DNA of 64,000 nucleotides from Bilabrum cf. latius (Eukaryota), in assembly GCA_965178125.1 (NCBI GenBank), contig OZ237741.1, positions 1-64,000 of the forward strand, read 5' to 3'. A program made the translations under genes and the position numbers. Shown piece by piece: positions 35,701 to 48,000 of this stretch (positions are counted from its first letter, which is position 1; the number at the start of each line of letters is the position of its first letter). Under the pieces are notes generated by a model. That model made no database searches. It saw nothing but the letters and a program-made list of their open reading frames with translations, and was not told the DNA's origin.

Positions 35701-37806
35701 GAGGCCCGCAAGGACCCCCGCTTGACCACCGAGCGGCTCTGGTGCGCGCTCGAGGCCCTGCACGCGGCATCGCTGGCCTCGCCATTCGCGCTGCAGGACT
35801 GGGACAGGGCGCGCGATGGCGGAGACTCCCCTGGCATGATCCCGGCAGTACGGGGCGCGCTCGCCGGCCCATGTGCGGCACGGCTGTGGGCGGCGCAGCT
35901 GAGGCGAAAGGAGTGGCCGGGGGCAGGAGATGCGGCAGTGAAGCCCAGCGCGCGCCGGTGCGCACGGCTGTGTCTGGCCTGGCTCTTCTCCGAGGTGACC
36001 CGTGCCCGTGAGCTGCACGACCTCATGGGCGAGGACAGCGGTCAAAGGGGTGCTGCGGCGGCTGGCAGTGTGGGGGACGGCGAGGTCGACAACGGCAAGC
36101 GGCCCAGGAGGCAAGAGGCAGGGAGTGCAGCCCATGGTGATAGTCAAGTGACACCACTGCCGGCGCAGTCAAAAGACCTCATGGCTGGCGTGCAACCTGC
36201 GGATGCAGCCGTTGTGCATGTAGACCATCCGCGGGCGCTTGCCGGTGCCCGTGCTGCCGAGGCTGGCCTGGCCCTGGCGCTGAGTCCCACCTCCAGCACC
36301 GGCGGGGCACTCATGCAGCAGCTGCTAGACGTGCCCGCGGTCCCGGCCCACGCCCTACCCGAGCTGGGAGTCAGGGACGCCGAGGTAGCCCGTGTGCTGG
36401 CGCAGCAGTCCGTCCCCGGCAGCGTGGGCAGGCTGTTGCGGAGTCACTGTCCGATCGTGAGCCCGAGGCAGGCGTTGGAGGCTCTTGGGCAGGGGAGGCG
36501 GTGGGTAGGCATGGCGCGCCGGTGCATCGTGGTGGGCATGGGCATGTCTTTAGCAGGAGAGGAGGACGATGGCCTGCTAGTGGTGCGTGTGGAGGAGCAG
36601 GAGAACAAGGAGGAGGCCGAGGCGCGGGAGCTGCTGGCGGAGATCGTGGGGTAGCCCTCTTCCACGTCGGTGCCTCGACCCGTGCCAGCACCCGCCTCCA
36701 TCGCCCTTGAAGTGGAGCACCCAGCGATGCAGGCGACGCTGCGGGACCTGTTGGCTTTTCCCATCGAGGATTCAGAAGGGCCAGCTGCTGGACCCGACGG
36801 GGAAGCGTCCTCGGACAGTGGGGAGGGATCGGATGATGACGACATCGAGACGGTGCCGGAGACTGACGAAGACGAAGACGAAGACGAAGACGAGGATGAG
36901 GACGGCGAGTATGTCGGCGGAGACTCGTCCAGCGATGAGCCACAGCCTTCTAGAGGGCGCCGCAGCAGCCCCCGGCGAGGAGGCAAGCACGCGGCCAGTG
37001 GGGGAGCAGCGGAGGGGGCATCAAGGGGAGACGAGCCGGCAGAGAGTGCGCGGGCCGGTCTCGCTGTGCTGGCCTGTCTGCGCTTCGACGGCGTGAGGGC
37101 GTGGGCGCAGGTGGAGGAGGCATGGAGCGTGCCTTCCGGTGCCGTCCGGCTGCTGCTGGAGGACATGCAGGGGCGCGGGGCGTCCTAGCTCCAGGCCCGC
37201 GTGCCTGGCCTGGGGCTCGGGCAGGGGATTGAGGACGGCGAGCCCGGAGTCAAGCTGCAGCTCGCTGCGGTGCGGCGATCGGGTGGCACGCAAGGCGAAG
37301 GAGAAGGAGAACGGGAGGGGGGAGGAGCAGAGGGGAAGAGATCGGGGGAGGACAGGAGGGGAGAGGGGTCGGCCGAACCCGTGGATCTGCTAGATCGCCT
37401 GAACCTGGATGCTAGGGAACAGAAGAAGAGGGCCCCGGTGCGGTTGCGGGCTGGCAGTCGGTCGAGGTCGAGGCCCGGGCGGAGGGACAAGGACAGGGGG
37501 AGGGGCATGGCTGGGAGGAAGGGCGGGAGAGGGAAACGGGAGGGTAGAGGAAGCGACCCCGTGGATATCCTAGGCCAGCTCGTCCTCGGGGAGGCGGACT
37601 CGAACAGCTCCAGTTCCAGCTCCAGTTCCAGCACCAAGCGGCAGCGGGCAAGGGAGGAGAGCAGGACATCGTCGGGGAGGGGAAGCGGTTCTGGGGCGCG
37701 TAGGAGGGAGACTGGCGGCGTTCTTGAGGGCCTACTACTTGACGATGGCGCATCGAAGGCGACACATCAAGCCAGTGGCATCCTGGATAGGCTCGACTTC
37801 GGCTGA
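32735..37806 (+). CDS. Large multi-OB-fold ssDNA-binding protein, RPA1/RADX-like (needs TAG=Gln; 5' end uncertain)
   Basis: Six ORFs from 33073 to 37806 are in one frame, separated only by TAG; ends TGA. Motifs: YDMIIG..LHPRLHWMV, RFYLEPW, DPYG, IRIQDHTGELDVVLWN, CIDFAGVVMRAG. Confidence 0.6.
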
Positions 37807-37932
37807 TTGAATCGTCGCCACGATGGTCGTGGCGACGAACATTCCTTTAGGTTCCTTTAACACTTGTCGCAACGTCGAGATCTTTTCGTTAGTCTAGAAC
37901 ACGATTGGACAGAGATTCGCAGCACTAGCAGC

Positions 37933-40900
37933 ATGGCGAGTCCACGTCACGTCCACAATGAAATGTTGGGTGGCTCATGTAAGACACAATTGTGGACATG
38001 GCACTCTTCTTCTGGCGCATTTCCTGTGATCCTCAATGTCTCGATGTCTTTCGTGCCACCCCATGCTTGCAGTGCCAGTGCAAAGATACTATGAAATATG
38101 CAAGAAGTAGTTGGCCTCATTTAATTTCGGTTGGGAAGACCTCGACGACCCAAGGCAACTAAAACCTACTGGGTCTGCATGTCAAAGGCATGGCCGCTGC
38201 ATTGGGATACGAGTGCAGGTTCAGCGACCAGGCTTTGGTTTCTCTGAAAAAGATCTTGAGATACTCTATTGCCCACTTGATGGCGCTGGTAAGGCAGTTA
38301 GGGTAGACGAGCTGTTGCTGACGTCGTCCAAGTCCAAGTCGTTCGTTCAGCCAAGCTGTGGCTCCGTTCTAGTGCCTTTATTCACCGTCGAATCGGTCGG
38401 TGTGCTGCCGCGCCGCTTATAGGATCAGGCAAGGTCAGCGGGCTGGCGTGAAATGGAAGCTAGGGCGGTGATTGTGGAGCATCGACCAGCGTAGCTGACC
38501 AGCGTGCTGACTTCAGGCAAATCTGCCGGGGGGCAGAAGCATTGGCCCATTCAATTGCGTCTGCTGTCAGATATCGCTGAGGGTGCATTGGCTTTGGAAT
38601 CAGCGGAGATTGCCTGCGACATCAGCCCCGAGGGGATATCGATCGATCCAGAGGACGCGGACCCGCAGCTCAGACTCAGGGAGGAAGGCGCGAGCAGCTC
38701 TCGGCCCATGCCCCGCGCAGTCATTGAGCTGGTGGGAGCCCGCAGGACCAAGCCAGATGGGCACATGCGTCTAGCAGTGGCCCGGCTGGTGCTGAGCGTC
38801 CTGTGCCCGGGCGACCCCAAGTCCATTCAAGCAACCGGGCTGCCCCTCTCACCCTCCCTGGTGCAGGGAGACCTGGGTCTGGCTCCGGCTGCTGTACGCC
38901 CGCGACTGGCGGCTCCGCTGGCTAGCCTGCTGCACCCCGACCAGGCCAAGCGCGGGGACCTGGCTGATCTGCTGGTGGTGTTGCGGCAACTGTGGCAGGA
39001 AGAGGTGCGGCGGGCGGGGGCATCCCGGTGCGTGGCAGTGCCACGGTTGGCTTAGACAAGGGCGACCGGGGCAGGGGCTGGGGCTGGGACAGGGACAGGG
39101 GCAGGGGCAGGGGCAGGGGCAGGGGCTAGTGCGCGGGCTGGGGCTGGGGCAGACGCGTTCGCAGCCCTGTTTGGTACAGGGCCAGGTTCTTTTGGAGCTG
39201 CCTCTGGTTCCAAGAGCAGCTCAAGTATCACGGTGACGGCCCGAAGCATCCGCGCAGCGACAAAGTTCACGATCGACGACCCGACCAAGATGTCAGCTGG
39301 CGAGTTCCTCACCAACGTCCGTGGGCTGCTGCAGATGGAGGACCAGCCACTGGATGAGCTAGTGGTGGTGCGGGCTGGAGTCAAGCTGGCGGACTTGAGA
39401 AGCCTGGCAGCGCAAGGGGTTCGGGATGGAGACAACATCTTCGTCCTCATTGTGCCTGCAGGGTCCAAGCCACACCCAGGTAGATTGCCTTTGCCCGCTC
39501 CTGCGCCTGCGCCTTCGCCTTCGCCTTTGCCTTTGCCTGCTCCTGCTCCTGCTCCTGCACCAGCGCCGGCACCTGCAGGCCGTGAGCCATACATCGCTGG
39601 CGCCACAGGCATGTTGGCAAGCTTGTTTCCGACTGCCACTCGCAGCTCGCTGGCATCGAGCGGCTCAACTTCTCCGGCGGCACCCGGCCAGGTTCGCGTG
39701 GCTTGGCGCGAGGACACGCCTGCGGAGTCTCACAACGAGGTGCCTGCGGGCCAAGACGGGCCTGACACCAGATGGACAGCTCTGGTAGGGGGTGCTGCTG
39801 TCGCGCAAGGCAGCAGGGGATCCGCGGTGCTGCTGACTGGACCTGCAATCGCCCATGTGCCCTGCGGGCTTGTGTCTGGCAATGCCCATTGGATGGTGCG
39901 CGTGACTGGTATGAATGCAGGCGATGAGAATGCCCTCCTAGGCATCTCACACCGCCGCTTGCTGCACCCCCTCTACAAGTCCGAGGGGAGTGGATTTATG
40001 GGTATGCGGTGCGTGGACGGGGGCACGTGGAGGGACGGCAAGCGCGGACCTAGGGTCCCTGCTCTGCGGGTGTCCAATGGCACTTATGAGTTCAAGCTGT
40101 CTTCAGCAGAGGGCTAGGGGGGCCACAATCTCACCATGTCGTTCCGCAGGAGCGGCGAGTCCGATTGGACTTAGGTGATGGATGGAATCAAGCCGCCGCC
40201 TGCAGTTGGCCAGCTTGAGCAGCAGGGGCCGGCCTCCGGCGCAGGGGCTGACGAGGCAGTGGTGTCATCCGTTCCTACTGCGGAAGGGTGGTTCCCAGCG
40301 GTTGCATCGTACGGTACAGGTCGAGTGACAATCACCGCCGAGATCCTCGAGATGAGTTTTGGGCGGGGCGCGAATGGTGGGCCCGCTCACGTGGTGCGCC
40401 CTGCACCTCCGGCCATGCCTGCCCCGCTTGGTCGGGAGCTTCCGTTGCGGTTCGACCAGCCGAACAATATCTATATAGCGAGAGGGGGGAACGGGACCAA
40501 GTGTAGCAAAGGGAAGGCCATCCTTGCCGGTCCCAGCTTTTGCGTCGTCCCAACTCGACTGGATGCCCCAGGGATCCTGCAGTGGGTGGTCAAGACGACT
40601 GGACAGAACAAAGGAGACGAAGTCACGCTGGTTGGAGTATGCAACCAGTCGGCACCTGTGCCACCGCGAGCGGCTACACTTGACTACAAGCACGAGAAAA
40701 ACAGGTTCAGGGGTATTCGGTGCTACTCTGGCGACGTCTTTGCCTATGGGAAACGGGTGTCTCGGGACGTGACCAGGGCTGTGAGGGACGGTCAAGAGGT
40801 GCTCATGGAGCTCGTGATGCCGCAGGAGGACGACTAGGGCCACTTGGGGAGGCTCTCCATGCGCATCCTGGGTCCGAGCGGCCCCGGCAAGGTGCACGTG

Positions 40901-43900
40901 CTGGATACAGCGGTCCCCAGGGGTTCATGGGCACCTACTGTCATGGCCTATGGGTCTGGACGCACCAAAGCCACGGTGGAGTTCACGCGCGTCCGAATGG
41001 AGCTGCAAGGTGCGCACTTTGGGCCAGTCAAATCGTCCTCCGCGCCACGCGTGCTCGGAATGGCTAGCGGGAAGGCTGCAACGGGTTTGCGAGCTGCAGT
41101 GGAGGCAGCTGCCGAATCCAGCGCTGACTTGGATGCAGCCGCGAAGATGCGCATGGTGCTGGGAGCTGCGCGCGAGCTCACTCTGATGCCGCTTGCCCCG
41201 GTGAATGCCCAGCTCGAGTCCTGCCGCTGGGACTAGACGATGGGGTCGGTGCGCACGATTGGCACGGACATGGCCAGCTTTACGGATTACGGAGCAGTTC
41301 GGCTATCCCACGGGATGCAGACTGGCGGCACATCTGCCATGTCCCTTCGGTTTTCAACAAACTCAAAGGGGCATGGATTCGGAGACGAGCAGGCCATCGT
41401 GGGCGTGCACGCGGGCCCGCTGCAGACGCACGACTATTCAGACAAGACCAAGGTGCGGCTCGTGGGACTGCGAGGGTACAACGGGAGGTGCTACCGGTTT
41501 GGGGATGTGGTGCAGGGGTCGAGCGATGAGCGTAAGTTCCATGGGGATGAGGAGCTGTCGTTCGAGCTGTCGTTCCCGGCGGGCACAGGGCCTGGGGTGC
41601 TGCGTTGCACGACTCCACGCGGTACGTTTGCAGTGGACGAGGCTGTGCCGCGCGGGCCAGAGTACTTCCCCAGCGTGTTCACGTACGGGGCCTGCACTGT
41701 GAGTCTGACTGCGGTCCATGGGCCCGGCCTGCCTCCTTTCGTGCCAGGGGATGGAAGCTCAGTTTCGTTCGCTCAAGGCAGCAAGGGGCACTCCATCGGC
41801 GGTGTGAGCCAGGCAAACGTGCACGGGAACGAGGTGCGGAGCGCCTCAGGGGCCGGCATGGCTCGGATCAATCAGGGCATTAATTCTGGCAAGATGACCG
41901 CGAGATTCGTGTTTGAGGGCACCAACGTAGGCAACATTGCGGTTGGAGTGGCCGAGCCCGCTCTGGTGCAGCGGGAGTCACCGGACGACGGCTGTACCCA
42001 GAGCCAGATCGAGCGGCGGTCTCTTTTTGTTGGCATCGACGTGAACTCTGGGCAGAAGTTCTCATACGGAAAGACCGCCGGGCGGATGATGTCGCAGCGA
42101 ATCACCACTGAGGACTAGAGGCGAGCGGGCATGAGCATTGAGGTAAACTTTGGCTCACCATCTTTCGCAAGCGCCCAGGGGACTCTGAAGATGCGTAAGG
42201 GGACCACTGGGGCATGGCAGCAAGTGTTTCGTCTCGCTCGGGGGCGCATCTACTGCCCTGCTGTACTGTTCACAGGCTCCAGCACCACCAGGGTGAAGCT
42301 CGTGGACTTGCAATTTGAGAACGAAGCCGGGTGTACACCGTTTGTCCCCAAGTGGCCGATTCTCACGGCGCACCAACTATTGAAAGGAGATGAGCTGCAG
42401 ACGGCACTCTCCCTGAGAGGCCTCACCGAGAGTGACCTCCCGAATGGTCTGCAGCCCACTCCTCCTCCCATGCTTGGGTACCCAGGCGTTACCCCGCTGG
42501 CAGGTATACAGGTGGACCAGTCGCAGTCTGAGACCACGCAGCGATCTGAATTGTTATGTGTCTCCACTCTTGGTCTTCGCAAAGGCACCATCAAGTTCGC
42601 AGTTGTGGTGCGGGATGGGCAGTAGAGGAAGGCCGGGCACAAAGCACGCACGTTGGTCGGTGCATATCCGTCCGGGCTGCCAGATGGTGCATCTGCGCCG
42701 CTGCCCGTGGGCATTCTGCCCTGCGAGGGTAGCGCAGTCTCGAACCGGCGCCCACTCGCTGCTATGACCACGACGGAGCACCGCGTGCCTGATGGCAGCC
42801 TACTCACGGTGTCTCTCACCAGGACGTCGCCCGCTGCCTAGACAGTGTCAGTACAAGTCGAGTCCGAGCGGAGCATCCACTCGCACGCGGCCGACGTGGG
42901 AAGGGCAGGCGCGGTGCATCTGTGCATGGGCGTCATCCGCAGCACCTGCGGACAGAGGGGCCTCAAGCCGCACGGTGTGGCCATCCTCGCGGTGGAGAAG
43001 AGCGGCGGCGCGGAAGTGGTGCCATGGCTTGGGACAGTGTCCCAGGCCGAGCGGGCGGGGTACGCCCCGTTCGGCCCCCAGCCCGACCTAGTGCCGCAGG
43101 TAAGGTCCTTGAACCCTGCGGCGGGGTTCAGCTTCGGGTGCAACGTCGCGGGCCCCCGAGCCGTGAAGATGCCAGGGGTGGCGCTGGCTACAGCGCTGGG
43201 GCAGCACAGCGCATCCACGGGCGTGTTGCGATGGACTATGCGCGTGTTGAATGCAGATGCCGGCGTGGATGTGCTTCTTGGGGTGGGGCCCAGTCACTCG
43301 GGCCAGGTGGCAGGCAACGTGGTGGGAGTCAGCATGGTCACGGGCAAGGCGCAGGGCGGGCAGCTCGCGTCGGATGGGAAGACCTTCTCATACAAAACCG
43401 CGCATTGTGCTGGCAGATCCAAGCTGGCAGATGGCCGCATCCCCGCTGGCACGGACCTCCAGTTCGACCTCGTCATGGACCCAGCCGCAATCTCCCGCTA
43501 GATGACCATCCGGCGAGCTGGGTCGAGCGACGAGGGCGCGTTTGTGCGCGTGACTAGGGTCCCGGCGGGGGCTGTGGCTCCAGCAGTCGTTTTCAAGGGA
43601 TCTGGAGCCGCGGAAGTGGAGCTCAGATCTGTTGAGTTCCAGGACGGCCCCGCCCTGGCTGCGGCTCGCGCTGCCCTGGTGCCCAAGCGCCGGCCGGGCG
43701 TGCCCCAGTGGACCGACTGCAAGGAGGACATGCGCGTGAGGGGGGAGCTCATGGCCAGTGCCACGGGATGGGGGGCAGCACGGCTGGACAAAGGACTGCG
43801 GTCAGGGGGCACAGCAGCGCACACCTTGAGGTTCTCTGTGACCACCAAGGGGCACGGGAGGGGTGACGAGCAGGCCATCGTGGGCGTGCACGCGGGCCCG

Positions 43901-44833
43901 CTGCAGACGCACGACTATTCAGACAAGACCAAGGTGCGGCTCGTGGGACTGCGAGGGTACAACGGGAGGTGCTACCGGTTTGGGGATGTGGTGCAGGGGT
44001 CGAGCGATGAGCGTAAGTTCCATGGGGATGAGGAGCTGTCGTTCGAGCTGTCGTTCCCGGCGGGCACAGGGCCTGGGGTGCTGCGTTGCACGACTCCACG
44101 CGGTACGTTTGCAGTGGACGAGGCTGTGCCGCGCGGGCCAGAGTACTTCCCCAGCGTGTTCACGTACGGGGCCTGCAGCACGACGCTGACTCAGTGGGCC
44201 GGGCAGCCCGCTGCAGCAGGAGGGCAGGCCGGCGGGGCAGGGGCACCAGGGGGTGCGGCTGGAGCCGCGACTGGCGGGGCAGCGGCAGCGGGAGGCACCG
44301 GGGCTGCTCGCGCAGGGGAAGGTTCTTCCACAGCCAGTGGGCAGCTCGCGTGGGACATGCCTTCTGCGACTGGCCTGGCCCGGCTGGCCAGAGGGGAACC
44401 TACCAAGGTGGAGTTCGTGGCGGCTGGGTGCATCCGGCTGGGGCGCGGGGTGTCCTCTGGCATCATGGGGTGGACGGTGAAGCTGCCGCGGAATACCCAA
44501 CGGCAGGTGTATATCGGCGTCAGCGAGGCCCGCATCGGAGGGTCGGACTGCACCGCCCGCTCCTCGACGATGGTGTGCTTTTGCGCGGGATCGGGGCGGA
44601 AGTTCGTCAAGGGTTAGGCCAGGGGTACGGATTCCAGGCTTTCGTGCGCAAGCGCCAGCCAGGTGACGTTCCAGCTTGAGTTTTAGGGCTCGCGCGGAGC
44701 GCTTCACGCTATTACGAGCTCTGGCAGAGCGCTTGTAGCGAATCTGCCGGCTGGTACGTACTACCCGGCGATAGCGAGCAAGGCCCGTTCGGACGTCACT
44801 CTGGTTGGTGAGCCTACAGTCATTGACTTATAA
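37933..44833 (+). CDS. ~2268-aa protein: pseudokinase + ubiquitin-like domain + ~8 SPRY/B30.2-like repeats; intron 37979-38072 (needs TAG=Gln)
   Basis: Ten ORFs in one frame joined across at least 13 TAGs, ending TAA 44831. Kinase C-lobe-like segment (DIAEGALAL..CDISPEGI..LLHPDQAKR), Ubl segment (GVKLADLRSLAAQGVRDGDNIFVL) and repeated W.V...GV....FP.V..YG modules. Confidence 0.7.
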
Positions 44834-45068
44834 GAGATGCATTACATCGTTCGTTTTGCGTTCTTGGCACGCCGTAGACCGAACGAAACATGAAGCAGAG
44901 TGATGCATAAACCCAAGTTTGGCCGTCATCTCAAATCCAAAAAGCAGCGTTCATCTATGCGCCCAACAGGCTGCCAGCGATTCCGTTGCGAAACGTACCA
45001 CTCTACTACCCTGAAGCCAGCCCAGCTGCTCTCGTCTTGCCTCGAACGGCCACCGCACGCTGTTCTCA

Positions 45069-48000
45069 TCAGTAGTACGTGTTGCGGGCCAGCCATCCGT
45101 ACTCCTGCACAATCTGCTTGTTGCGGACCATCTGCTTGGTAGTGGCGCGCATGATGTACTTGCGGATCTCATCGTACAGGAAGATGATGAGGCTGAAGGG
45201 GACCGCAGGCACCCAGTGCAGGGCGCGCAGAGGGCGAGTACCGAGGCCCTGGCCGATACCGGGCACGTAGCATAGAAGGGCCGCCAGCAGCGTCTCGAAG
45301 ATGATGCCAAAGTTCATGGCCGAGTTGATCATGCCCTGGTGGTAGATGCTGAGCCACCTGGTCTTGCAGATGAGCAGATCGGCCCACTGCACGACGACGA
45401 TGGACACGAAAAAGGCGCACTGCGCGTGGTGCAGGGCCTCCTTCTGGCTCATGCGGGAGGCCACGTCCACCGTGATGCTGCCATCGGCCAGGCGGCACAC
45501 GCCGGTGAGGGCGTCGCAGTTCCCTGCCGTAGGCTGGTTGAAGGAGGCGAACCCGAACACGTCCTTGGTGCCCAGACTGGCGCGCAAGATGTCCAGCGCG
45601 TCCTTAGAGCCACGGGCCTCGTTGTTGAAGGGATCGGCGTTAGGGGTGATGGTGAACCAGCCGGGGAGCTGGTTGCCGAAGAAGATGATGGGGGTGGGGT
45701 CACTGCCCGAGCCGGGCACGTCGCCCTGGAAGCCCTCCCTCTGGTCCCACGCCAGCCAGTCGTCGTTCCAGAACGGAGACACGAAGGCCTGGTAGGGCGT
45801 GTAGGGGATGTAGCCAGCATCAGCCAGGGCCTGGGTGGACTCGCGGGTCATGACGAACTGGTCTCCGGTGGCCTCGCCGTAGGTGGAGGGGTCCTCGATG
45901 TCCCAGCCGCTGCTCGGGTCCCGGTCGATGCGCAGGTTCTTGGCGGGGAAGGTGCACGTGTCCACGAAGCCGTTCAGACCGGCGTCCCACAGAGTGTAGC
46001 CGGCCTGGATCGCGGCAAAGTTGTCCTGAGACCCGTCAAAGGTAGCACCAGTGGTGTCGCGCATGCGGCCTCCGGTCACGCGGCACCAGAGGGTCTGCTT
46101 GCCCCAGTTGTCGAAGGCGCCCAGCCCGGGGAGGATCTCCGGCGGATACCCGTAGTCGTTGAGCACAACCACCCAGGTGAAGAACCCGGCCGTGGCCTGG
46201 ACCACACCGATCTGCAGGTAGGCGAAACTGATGAGCTTCTTGGTCACCAGGCGATCCACGTCCGAGTCACGGGCGGGGCGGCGCATGATGTCTGCCTCCT
46301 TGTTCTCCCAGGCCATCGAGATGGCGGGCACCATGTCCGTGCCCAGGTCGATGCACAGGATGAGCACGGTGGACAGGGGCAGCGGGGTCTGCACGGTGAT
46401 GAAGATCAGGAAGGGGGTAATCTCGGGGATGTTGGACGACAGCGTGTAGGCGATCGACTTCTTGAGGTTGTCGAAGATGAGCCGGCCGCTCTCCACGCCG
46501 CGCACGATGGACGCGAAGTTGTCGTCGATCAGGATCATGTCAGCGGCGCCCTTGGTCACCTCGGTGCCGGCGATGCCCATGGCCACTCCGATGTTGGCGG
46601 TCTTGAGGGCGGGGGCGTCGTTCACACCGTCGCCGGTCACGGCCACAACCTCGTTCTCGTCGTTCTGGAAGCGCTCCACGATCTGCAGCTTCTGGTCGGG
46701 ACTGGTACGGGCAAACACGATCTCGTCGTGGTCGAAGATGTAGTCCCACTTGGAGTCGGGCGTGTCGGCCTCGAAGCTCCAGCCGGGCACGGCAATGGCG
46801 CGGGTCTCGCCCACCTCGACGAGCTCGTCGTAGTCGTTGGGCTGCTCGACGCAGGGGTCGTACGACACCTGCTCTACGTTGCCATCCGCGTCCTTGCGCT
46901 CGAGGGTCTGCTTCATGTCGCCGATGCGGAAAGTGCTGCTCGAGAAGATGTTGACCATCCTGGCGATGGCGGCGGCGGTCTTGGGGTGGTCGCCGGTGAC
47001 CATCACCACGCGGATGCCGGCGGACTGGCACTGCAGCACGGCGTCGGGCACGGCGGGGCGCGGGGGGTCGATCAGCGCGGTGATGCCGATGAAGACGAGC
47101 TTCTTGGTTACCAGCTTGTTGTGTCCCTCGATCTGCTTCTTGGCCATCTCGTACTTGGCAACGTCGTCCTCAGAGGCATCTCCGGCGGGGGCATCAGGGG
47201 CCTCGAGCGACTCGTCGATGGCCTACTCGCCCATGGGGAAGTTGCGCACGGTGGGGGAGAACATGCTCGGCACGGCAGCCTTGCCCTTGGTGCTTCCCTT
47301 GTCGTCCGAGCCGGACTGCGCGGCGGCGTTGCCCTGGGCCACTGCATCGCCGGAGCCGCTGATGGAGGCGAACTCGTAGTCCACGCCGGCATCCTCGCAG
47401 TCCTGGCGGGTCATGTCGTACTTGGCGAATCCGAGGAGGCGGCGACCCTTGGCCATGAGCCCGTTGACGGTCACGCGGAGCTTCTTGCGCTCCTCCTCCG
47501 AGATGGGCACCACTTGTCCGTCCTTGACCATGTGGCTGCAGCGCTCCACAATCTTTTCCTGGGCGCCCTTCATGTACACCGTGTAGGGAGTGTCCTCCCC
47601 GTCCGAGCCGGGCTTGCCGCGGGTGTTCTGCACCACCACGACGTGGTACTTGTTCTTGGACTTGAAAGGGATCTCGGCCACCTTGGCGGCCTTCTCGGCC
47701 CTGGTCCGGGCGATCTTGTCCTCGTTGAAGAGGGAGCAGATGTCGCCCGCGTCCGTGGGCATGCGGGCGCGGTACAGGTCGTCGTGCGTGTAGAGCGCCA
47801 TCTTGATCATGGCCGTCTCGGAGGCGTCGCCCTCCACGTCCCACAGGATCTCGGGCACGGCGCCCTCGGCGGCCACCTGGTAGAAGGGGTTCCGGGCCAC
47901 CGTGGTCCCCTCGATGAGCTCCAAAGAGCCCGACTTAAACACGGCCGCCGTGTTCATGGTAAGCGCGTCCCGGAAGAAGGGCCACGTGGCGTCGGCGGGG

